Shown here piece after piece: positions 1 to 11,800 of a stretch of DNA of 64,000 nucleotides. The translations under genes were made by a program, and so were the position numbers. Below the pieces are notes generated by a model. It worked only from the letters and a program-made list of their open reading frames with translations. It was not told the origin of the DNA and did no database searches. Numbering within the stretch: position 1 is the first letter of the stretch; each line of letters starts with the position of its first letter. The stretch is from the human T2T-CHM13v2.0 reference genome, Homo sapiens: the NCBI RefSeq assembly GCF_009914755.1, contig NC_060946.1. The stretch is one strand, 5' to 3'.

Positions 1-3000
1 TCTAGGCTCTGCTTCAAGGGGCCTTGTCACATATCTCTGCACTGATCACCCAGGTGATGTAACTCTTGTCTAGGCTCTGCTTCCAGGGCATATTGTGACA
101 TATCTATGCACTGATCACCTTAGTGATGTAACACTTTGGTAGGCTCGGCCTACAGGGGAATCTTGACATATCTCTGCACTGTTAACCGAGGTGATTTAAC
201 TCTTGTCTAGGCTGTGCCCCCAGGGGGATTGAGACATTCTCTGCACTGATCCCGAGGTGATACAACTCTTGCCTTGTCTCTGCCTACTGTGGACATTGTG
301 ACATATCTCTGCACTGATCTCCCAGGTGCTGTAACTTTACTCTAGGCTCTGGCTACACGGCATTGTGACACATCACTGCACTGATCACCCAGGCGATATA
401 ACTCTTCTCTAGGATCTGAACACAGGGTGCTTTGTGACATATCCCTGCAATGATCACCCAGGTGATATACCACTTGCCAAGGCTCTGCCTACAGGGGCAT
501 TGCAATGTATCTCTGCACTGATCACCTAGGTCTTGTAGCTATTTTCTAGGATCTGCCTACAGGGTTCTTTGTGACGTGTCCCAGCAAGGATTACCCAGGT
601 GATGTACCTCTCATCAAGGCTCTGCCTACAGGCACATTGTGATGTATCTCTGCACTGATCACCTCGGTCATGTAACTTTTTTCTAGGCTCTACCTACGAT
701 GGCATTGTGACATATCTATGCACTAATCATCCAAGTGATGTAACTCTTGTCTAGGATGTGCCTAAATTAACTTTTTGACATAACCCTGTACTGATCATCC
801 AGGTGATGGAGCTTTTGTCTAGGCTCTGCCTAAGGGGGCATTGTGACATATTTCTGCATTGATCACCCAGGTGGCGAACTCTTCTCTCGGATCTGCCTAT
901 GGGGGCATTGTGAGAAATCTCTGCACTGATCACCCAGGTGATGTAACTGTTGTGTAACCTCTGCCTACAGGGGAATTGTGAGAGATCTCGTCACTCATTA
1001 CCCAAGTGATGTAACCATTGCCTAGGCTTTGCGTACAGGGGGCTTTGTGACATACCTTTGCACTGATCACCCAGGTGATGTAACACATCTAAGTTCGGCC
1101 TAAAGGAGCTTTGTGACATATCTCTGCACTGATCACTTAGGTGATGTAACACTTTTATAATCACTGCCTACAGGGAATTTTGACAAATCTCTGCACTGAT
1201 CACCTCGGTTATGTAACTCTTGTCTACCCTCTGTCCAACGGGGCATTGTGAAATATCTCTGCACTGATCACCCAGATGATTCAACTCTTGACTAGGAACT
1301 GCCTACAGAGTTTATTGTGAAATATCTCTGTACTGATAAACTAGGTGGTGTAACCCTTGTCCAAGCTCTGCCTACAGGGGCGTTTCCACATATCCCTGAA
1401 CTGATGACAATGGTGATGTAACTCTTGCCTAGGCTTTGCCTACAGGGAACATTGGACATATATCTGCACTGATCACCCAGGTGATGCAACTCTTGCCTAG
1501 GCTTTGCCTACAGGGGACATTGTGACATATCTCTTCAATGATCACTCATGTGATGCATCTCTTGCCTAGGCTTTGCCTACAGGGGACATTGTGACATATC
1601 TCTGCACTGATCTCCCAGGTGCTGTAACTTTAGTCTAGGCTCTGGCTACACGGCATTGTGACCTACCTCTGCACTGATCACCCAGGTGATATAACTCTTC
1701 TCTAGGATCTGCCTACAGGGTACTTTGTGACATATCCCTGCACTGATCACCCAGGTGATCTAACTCTGGTCTAAGCTCTGCCTAAAGGGGCATTGTGACA
1801 GATCTCTGCACTGATCACTCTGGTGATGTAAGTATTGTCTAGGCTCTGCTTCAAGGGGCCTTGTCACATATCTCTGCACTGATCACCCAGGTGATGTAAC
1901 TCTTGTCTAGGCTCTGCTTCCAGGGCATATTGTGACATATCTATGCACTGATCACCTTAGTGATGTAACACTTTGGTAGGCTCGGCCTACAGGGGAATCT
2001 TGACATATCTCTGCACTGTTAACCGAGGTGATTTAACTCTTGTCTAGGCTGTGCCCCCAGGGGGATTGAGACATTCTCTGCACTGATCCCGAGGTGATAC
2101 AACTCTTGCCTTGTCTCTGCCTACTGTGGACATTGTGACATATCTCTGCACTGATCTCCCAGGTGCTGTAACTTTACTCTAGGCTCTGGCTACACGGCAT
2201 TGTGACACATCACTGCACTGATCACCCAGGCGATATAACTCTTCTCTAGGATCTGAACACAGGGTGCTTTGTGACATATCCCTGCAATGATCACCCAGGT
2301 GATATACCACTTGCCAAGGCTCTGCCTACAGGGGCATTGCAATGTATCTCTGCACTGATCACCTAGGTCTTGTAGCTATTTTCTTGGATCTGCCTACAGG
2401 GTGCTTTGTGACGTGTCCCAGCAAGTATTACCCAGGTGATGTACCTCTCATCAAGGCTCTGCCTACAGGCACATTGTGATGTATCTCTGCACTGATCACC
2501 TCGGTCATGTAACTTTTTTCTAGGCTCTACCTACGATGGCATTGTGACATATCTCTGCACTAATCATCCAAGTGATGTAACTCTTGTCTAGGATGTGCAT
2601 AACTTAACTTTTTGACATAACCCTGTACTGATCATCCAGGTGATGGAGCTTTTGTCTAGGCTCTGCCTAAGGGGGCATTGTGACATATTTCTGCATTGAT
2701 CACCCAGGTGGCGAACTCTTCTCTCGGATCTGCCTATGGGGGCATTGTGAGAAATCTCTGCACTGATCACCCAGGTGATGTAACTGTTGTGTAACCTCTG
2801 CCTACAGGGGAATTGTGAGAGATCTCGTCACTCATTACCCAAGTGATGTAACCATTGCCTAGGCTTTGCGTACAGCGGGCTTTGTGACATACCTTTGCAC
2901 TGATCACCCAGGTGATGTAACACATCTAAGTTCGGCCTAAAGGAGCTTTGTGACATATCTCTGCACTGATCACTCAGGTGATGTAACACTTTTATAATCA

Positions 3001-3854
3001 CTGCCTACAGGGAATTTTGACAAATCTCTGCACTGATCACCTAGGTGATGTAACTCTTGTCTACCCTCTGTCCAACGGGGCATTGTGAAATATCTCTGCA
3101 CTGATCACCCAGGTGATTCAACTCTTGACTAGGAACTGCCTACAGAGGTTATTGTGAATTATCTCTGCACGGATAAACTAGGTGGTGTAACCCTTGTCCA
3201 AGCTCTGCCTACAGGGGCGTTTCCACATATCCCTGAACTGATGACAAAGGTGATGTAACACTTGCCTAGGCTTTGCCTACAGGGAACATTGGACATATAT
3301 CTGCACTGATCACCCAGGTGATGCAACTCTTGCCTAGGCTTTGCCTAAAGGGGACATTGTGACATATCTCTTCAATGATCACTCATGTGATGCATCTCTT
3401 GCCTAGGCTTTGCCTACAGGGGACATTGTGACATATCTCTGCACTGATCTCCCAGGTGCTGTAACTTTAGTCTAGGCTCTGGCTACACGGCATTGTGACC
3501 TACCTGTGCACTGATCACCCAGGTGATATAACTCTTCTCTAGGATCTGCCTACAGGGTACTTTGTGACATATCCCTGCACTGATCACCCAGGTGATCTAA
3601 CTCTGGTCTAAGCTCTGCCTAAAGGGGCATTGTGACAGATCTCTGCACTGATCACTCTGGTGATGTAAGTATTGTCTAGGCTCTGCTTCAAGGGGCCTTG
3701 TCACATATCTCTGCACTGATCACCCAGGTGATGTAACTCTTGTCTAGGCTCTGCTTCCAGGGCATATTGTGACATATCTATGCACTGATCACCTTAGTGA
3801 TGTAACACTTTGGTAGGCTCGGCCTACAGGGGAATCTTGACATATCTCTGCACT

Positions 3855-5418
3855 GTTAACCGAGGTGATTTAACTCTTGTCTAGGCTGTGCCCACAGGGG
3901 GATTGAGACATATCTCTGCACTGATCCCGAGGTGATACAACTCTTGCCTGGTCTCTGCCTACTGTGGACATTGTGACATATCTCTGCACTGATCTCCCAA
4001 GTGCTGTAACTTTACTCTAGGCTCTGGCTACACGGCATTGTGACATATCACTGCACTGATCACCCAGGCGATATAACTCTTCTCTAGGATCTGACCACAG
4101 GGTGCTTTGTGACATATCCCTGCAATGATCACCCAGGTGATATACCACTTGCCAAGGCTCTGCCTACAGGGGCATTGCAATGTATCTCTGCACTGATCAC
4201 CTAGGTCTTGTAGCTATTTTCTAGGATCTGCCTACAGGGTGCTTTGTGACGTGTCCCAGCAAGGATTACCCAGGTGATGTACCTCTCATCAAGGCTCTGC
4301 CTACAGGCACATTGTGATGTATCTCTGCACTGATCACCTCGGTCATGTAACTTTTTTCTAGGCTCTACCTACGATGGCATTGTGACATATCTCTGCACTA
4401 ATCATCCAAGTGATGTAACTCTTGTCTAGCATGTGCCTAAATTAACTTTTTGACATAACCCTGTACTGAACATCCAGGTGATGGAGCTTTTGTCTAGGCT
4501 CTGCCTAAGGGGGCATTGTGACATATTTCTGCATTGATCACCCAGGTGGCGAACTCTTCTCTCGGATCTGCCTATGGGGGCATTGTGAGAAATCTCTGCA
4601 CTGATCACCCAGGTGATGTAACTGTTGTGTAACCTCTGCCTACAGGGGAATTGTGAGAGATCTCGTCACTGATTACCCAAGTGATGTAACCAATGTCTAG
4701 GCTTTGCGTACAGGGGGCTTTGTTACATACCTTTGCACTGATCACCCAGGTGATGTAACACATCTAAGTTCGGCCTTAAGGAGCTTTGTGACATATCTCT
4801 GCACTGATCACTTAGGTGATGTAACACTTTTATAATCACTGCCTACAGGGAATTTTGACAAATCTCTGCACTGATCACCTAGGTGATGTAACTCTTGTCT
4901 ACCCTCTGTCCAACTGGGCATTGTGAAATATCTCTGCACTGATCACCCAGGTGATTCAACTCTTGACTAGGAACTGCCTAGAGAGGTTATTGTGAAATAT
5001 CTCTGCACTGATAAACTAGGGGGTGTAACACTTGTCCAAGCTCTGCCTACAGGGTCGTTTCCACATATCCCTGAACTGATGACAAAGGTGATGTAACTCT
5101 TGCCTAGGCTTTTCCTACAGGGAACATTGGACATATATCTGCACTGATCACCAAGGTGATCTTACTCTGGTCTAAGCTCTGCCTAAAGGGGCATTGTGAC
5201 AGATCTCTGCACTGATCACTCTGGTGATGTAAGTATTGTCTAGGCTCTGCTTCAAGGGGCCTTGTCACATATCTCTGCACTGATCACCCAGGTGATTTAA
5301 CTCTTGTCTAGGCTCTGCTTCCAGGGCATATTGTGACATATCTATGCACTGATCACCTTAGTGATGTAACACTTTGGTAGGCTCGGCCTACAGGGGAATC
5401 TTGACATATCTCTGCACT
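3855..5418 (+). repeat. 23-mer HOR variant (monomers W, X, Y, Z, a absent), copy 1
   Basis: Monomer V (…GGAACATTGGACATATATCTGCACT) runs directly into monomer b (GATCACCAAGGTGATCTTACTCTGG) at 5146. The unit is 342 bp (5 monomers) shorter than 1906. Confidence 0.9.
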
Positions 5419-7256
5419 GTTAACCGAGGTGATTTAACTCTTGTCTAGGCTGTGCCCACAGGGGGATTGAGACATATCTCTGCACTGATCCCGAGGTGAT
5501 ACAACTCTTGCCTGGTCTCTGCCTACTGTGGACATTGTGACATATCTCTGCACTGATCTCCCAGGTGCTGAAACTTTAGTCTAGGCTCTGACTACACGGC
5601 ATTGTGACATATCACTGCACTGAACACCCAGGCGATATAACTCTTCTCTAGGATCTGACCACAGGGTGCTTTGTGACATATCCCTGCAATGATCACCCAG
5701 GTGATATACCACTTGCCAAGGCTCTGCCTACAGGGGCATTGCAATGTATCTCTGCACTGATCACCTAGGTCTTGTAGCTATTTTCTAGGATCTGCCTACA
5801 GGGTTCTTTGTGACGTGTCCCAGCAAGGATTACCCAGGTGATGTACCTCTCATCAAGGCTCTGCCTACAGGCACATTGTGATGTATCTCTGCACTGATCA
5901 CCTCGGTCATGTAACTTTTTTCTAGGCTCTACCTACGATGGCATTGTGACATATCTATGCACTAATCATCCAAGTGATGTAACTCTTGTCTAGGATGTGC
6001 CTAAATTAACTTTTTGACATAACCCTGTACTGATCATCCAGGTGATGGAGCTTTTGTCTAGGCTCTGCCTAAGGGGGCATTGTGACATATTTCTGCATTG
6101 ATCACCCAGGTGGCGAACTCTTCTCTCGGATCTGCCTATGGGGGCATTGTGAGAAATCTCTGCACTGATCACCCAGGTGATGTAACTGTTGTGTAACCTC
6201 TGCCTACAGGGGAATTGTGAGAGATCTCGTCACTCATTACCCAAGTGATGTAACCATTGCCTAGGCTTTGCGTACAGGGGGCTTTGTGACATACCTTTGC
6301 ACTGATCACCCAGGTGATGTAACACATCTAAGTTCGGCCTAAAGGAGCTTTGTGACATATCTCTGCACTGATCACTTAGGTGATGTAACACTTTTATAAT
6401 CACTGCCTACAGGGAATTTTGACAAATCTCTGCACTGATCACCTCGGTTATGTAACTCTTGTCTACCCTCTGTCCAACGGGGCATTGTGAAATATCTCTG
6501 CACTGATCACCCAGGTGATTCAACTCTTGACTAGGAACTGCCTACAGAGGTTATTGTGAATTATCTCTGCACTGATAAACTAGGTGGTGTAACCCTTGTC
6601 CAAGCTCTGCCTACAGGGGCGTTTCCACATATCCCTGAACTGATGACAAAGGTGATGTAACTCTTGCCTAGGCTTTGCCTACAGGGAACATTGGACATAT
6701 ATCTGCACTGATCACCCAGGTGATGCAACTCTTGCCTAGGCTTTGCCTACAGGGGACATTGTGACATATCTCTTCAATGATCACTCATGTGATGCATCTC
6801 TTGCCTAGGCTTTGCCTACAGGGGACATTGTGACATATCTCTGCACTGATCTCCCAGGTGCTGTAACTTTATTCTAGGCTCTGGCTACACGGCATTGTGA
6901 CCTACCTCTGCACTGATCACCCAGGTGATATAACTCTTCTCTAGGATCTGCCTACAGGGTACTTTGTGACATATCCCTGCACTGATCACCCAGGTGATCT
7001 AACTCTGGTCTAAGCTCTGCCTAAAGGGGCATTGTGACAGATCTCTGCACTGATCACTCTGGTGATGTAAGTATTGTCTAGGCTCTGCTTCAAGGGGCCT
7101 TGTCACATATCTCTGCACTGATCACCCAGGTGATGTAACTCTTGTCTAGGCTCTGCTTCCAGGGCATATTGTGACATATCTATGCACTGATCACCTTAGT
7201 GATGTAACACTTTGGTAGGCTCGGCCTACAGGGGAATCTTGACATATCTCTGCACT

Positions 7257-8819
7257 GTTAACCGAGGTGATTTAACTCTTGTCTAGGCTGTGCCCACAGG
7301 GGGATTGAGACATATCTCTGCACTGATCCCGAGGAGATACAACTCTTGCCTTGTCTCTGCCTACTGTGGACATTGTGACATATCTCTGCACTGATCTCCC
7401 AAGTGCTGTAACTTTACTCTAGGCTCTGGCTACACGGCATTGTGACATATCACTGCACTGATCACCCAGGCGATATAACTCTTCTCTAGGATCTGACCAC
7501 AGGGTGCTTTGTGACATATCCCTGCAATGATCACCCAGGTGATATACCACTTGCCAAGGCTCTGCCTACAGGGGCATTGCAATGTATCTCTGCACTGATC
7601 ACCTAGGTCTTGTAGCTATTTTCTAGGATCTGCCTACAGGGTGCTTTGTGACGTGTCCCAGCAAGGATTACCCAGGTGATGTACCTCTCATCAAGGCTCT
7701 GCCTACAGGCACATTGTGATGTATCTCTGCACTGATCACCTCGGTCATGTAACTTTTTTCTAGGCTCTACCTACGATGGCATTGTGACATATCTCTGCAC
7801 TAATCATCCAAGTGATGTAACTCTTGTCTAGCATGTGCCTAAATTAACTTTTTGACATAACCCTGTACTGATCATCCAGGTGATGGAGCTTTTGTCTAGG
7901 CTCTGCCTAAGGGGGCATTGTGACATATTTCTGCATTGATCACCCAGGTGGCGAACTCTTCTCTCGGATCTGCCTATGGGGGCATTGTGAGAAATCTCTG
8001 CACTGATCACCCAGGTGATGTAACTGTTGTGTAACCTCTGCCTACAGGGGAATTGTGAGAGATCTCGTCACTGATTACCCAAGTGATGTAACCAATGTCT
8101 AGGCTTTGCGTACAGGGGGCTTTGTTACATACCTTTGCACTGATCACCCAGGTGATGTAACACATCTAAGTTCGGCCTTAAGGAGCTTTGTGACATATCT
8201 CTGCACTGATCACTTAGGTGATGTAACACTTTTATAATCACTGCCTACAGGGAATTTTGACAAATCTCTGCACTGATCACCAGGTGATGTAACTCTTGTC
8301 TACCCTCTGTCCAACTGGGCATTGTGAAATATCTCTGCACTGATCACCCAGGTGATTCAACTCTTGACTAGGAACTGCCTAGAGAGGTTATTGTGAAATA
8401 TCTCTGCACTGATAAACTAGGGGGTGTAACACTTGTCCAAGCTCTGCCTACAGGGTCGTTTCCACATATCCCTGAACTGATGACAAAGGTGATGTAACTC
8501 TTGCCTAGGCTTTTCCTACAGGGAACATTGGACATATATCTGCACTGATCACCCAGGTGATCTTACTCTGGTCTAAGCTCTGCCTAAAGGGGCATTGTGA
8601 CAGATCTCTGCACTGATCACTCTGGTGATGTAAGTATTGTCTAGGCTCTGCTTCAAGGGGCCTTGTCACATATCTCTGCACTGATCACCCAGGTGATTTA
8701 ACTCTTGTCTAGGCTCTGCTTCCAGGGCATATTGTGACATATCTATGCACTGATCACCTTAGTGATGTAACACTTTGGTAGGCTCGGCCTACAGGGGAAT
8801 CTTGACATATCTCTGCACT
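7257..8819 (+). repeat. 23-mer HOR variant, copy 2
   Basis: Same V-to-b junction at 8547 and the same private variants as copy 1 (CTAGCATGTG, AACCAATGTC, CAACTGGGC, CTAGAGAGG). Confidence 0.9.
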
Positions 8820-11800
8820 GTTAACCGAGGTGATTTAACTCTTGTCTAGGCTGTGCCCACAGGGGGATTGAGACATATCTCTGCACTGATCCCGAGGTGA
8901 TACAACTCTTGCCTGGTCTCTGCCTACTGTGGACATTGTGACATATCTCTGCACTGATCTCCCAGGTGCTGAAACTTTAGTCTAGGCTCTGACTACACGG
9001 CATTGTGACATATCACTGCACTGAACACCCAGGCGATATAACTCTTCTCTAGGATCTGACCACAGGGTGCTTTGTGACATATCCCTGCAATGATCACCCA
9101 GGTGATATACCACTTGCCAAGGCTCTGCCTACAGGAGCATTGCAATGTATCTCTGCACTGATCACCTAGGTCTTGTAGCTATTTTCTAGGATCTGCCTAC
9201 AGGGTTCTTTGTGACGTGTCCCAGCAAGGATTACCCAGGTGATGTACCTCTCATCAAGGCTCTGCCTACAGGCACATTGTGATGTATCTCTGCACTGATC
9301 ACCTCGGTCATGTAACTTTTTTCTAGGCTCTACCTACGATGGCATTGTGACATATCTATGCACTAATCATCCAAGTGATGTAACTCTTGTCTAGGATGTG
9401 CCTAAATTAACTTTTTGACATAACCCTGTACTGATCATCCAGGTGATGGAGCTTTTGTCTAGGCTCTGCCTAAGGGGGCATTGTGACATATTTCTGCATT
9501 GATCACCCAGGTGGCGAACTCTTCTCTCGGATCTGCCTATGGGGGCATTGTGAGAAATCTCTGCACTGATCACCCAGGTGATGTAACTGTTGTGTAACCT
9601 CTGCCTACAGGGGAATTGTGAGAGATCTCGTCACTCATTACTCAAGTGATGTAACCATTGCCTAGGCTTTGCGTACAGGGGGCTTTGTGACATACCTTTG
9701 CACTGATCACCCAGGTGATGTAACACATCTAAGTTCGGCCTAAAGGAGCTTTGTGACATATCTCTGCACTGATCACTTAGGTGATGTAACACTTTTATAA
9801 TCACTGCCTACAGGGAATTTTGACAAATCTCTGCACTGATCACCTCGGTTATGTAACTCTTGTCTACCCTCTGTCCAACGGGGCATTGTGAAATATCTCT
9901 GCACTGATCACCCAGATGATTCAACTCTTGACTAGGAACTGCCTACAGAGTTTATTGTGAAATATCTCTGTACTGATAAACTAGGTGGTGTAACCCTTGT
10001 CCAAGATCTGCCTACAGGGTCGTTTCCACATATCCCTGAACTGATGACAATGGTGATGTAACTCTTGCCTAGGCTTTGCCTACAGGGAACATTGGACATA
10101 TATCTGCACTGATCACCCAGGTGATGCAACTCTTGCCTAGGCTTTGCCTACAGGGGACATTGTGACATATCTCTTCAATGATCACTCATGTGATGCATCT
10201 CTTGCCTAGGCTTTGCCTACAGGGGACATTGTGACATATCTCTGCACTGATCTCCCAGGTGCTGTAACTTTATTCTAGGCTCTGGCTACACGGCATTGTG
10301 ACCTACCTCTGCACTGATCACCCAGGTGATATAACTCTTCTCTAGGATCTGCCTACAGGGTACTTTGTGACATATCCCTGCACTGTTCACCCAGGTGATC
10401 TAACTCTGGTCTAAGCTCTGCCTAAAGGGGCATTGTGACAGATCTCTGCACTGATCACTCTGGTGATGTAAGTATTGTCTAGGCTCTGCTTCAAGGGGCC
10501 TTGTCACATATCTCTGCACTGATCACCCAGGTGATGTAACTCTTGTCTAGGCTCTGCTTCCAGGGCATATTGTGACATATCTATGCACTGATCACCTTAG
10601 TGATGTAACACTTTGGTAGGCTCGGCCTACAGGGGAATCTTGACATATCTCTGCACTGTTAACCGAGGTGATTTAACTCTTGTCTAGGCTGTGCCCCCAG
10701 GGGGATTGAGACATTCTCTGCACTGATCCCGAGGTGATACAACTCTTGCCTTGTCTCTGCCTACTGTGGACATTGTGACATATCTCTGCACTGATCTCCC
10801 AGGTGCTGTAACTTTACTCTAGGCTCTGGCTACACGGCATTGTGACACATCACTGCACTGATCACCCAGGCGATATAACTCTTCTCTAGGATCTGAACAC
10901 AGGGTGCTTTGTGACATATCCCTGCAATGATCACCCAGGTGATATACCACTTGCCAAGGCTCTGCCTACAGGGGCATTGCAATGTATCTCTGCACTGATC
11001 ACCTAGGTCTTGTAGCTATTTTCTAGGATCTGCCTACAGGGTGCTTTGTGACGTGTCCCAGCAAGTATTACCCAGGTGATGTACCTCTCATCAAGGCTCT
11101 GCCTACAGGCACATTGTGATGTATCTCTGCACTGATCACCTCGGTCATGTAACTTTTTTCTAGGCTCTACCTACGATGGCATTGTGACATATCTCTGCAC
11201 TAATCATCCAAGTGATGTAACTCTTGTCTAGGATGTGCATAACTTAACTTTTTGACATAACCCTGTACTGATCATCCAGGTGATGGAGCTTTTGTCCAGG
11301 CTCTGCCTAAGGGGGCATTGTGACATATTTCTGCATTGATCACCCAGGTGGCGAACTCTTCTCTCGGATCTGCCTATGGGGGCATTGTGAGAAATCTCTG
11401 CACTGATCACCCAGGTGATGTAACTGTTGTGTAACCTCTGCCTACAGGGGAATTGTGAGAGATCTCGTCACTCATTACCCAAGTGATGTAACCATTGCCT
11501 AGGCTTTGCGTACAGGGGGCTTTGTGACATACCTTTGCACTGATCACCCAGGTGATGTAACACATCTAAGTTCGGCCTAAAGGAGCTTTGTGACATATCT
11601 CTGCACTGATCACTTAGGTGATGTAACACTTTTATAATCACTGCCTACAGGGAATTTTGACAAATCTCTGCACTGATCACCTAGGTGATGTAACTCTTGT
11701 CTACCCTCTGTCCAACGGGGCATTGTGAAATATCTCTGCACTGATCACCCAGGTGATTCAACTCTTGACTAGGAACTGCCTACAGAGGTTATTGTGAATT

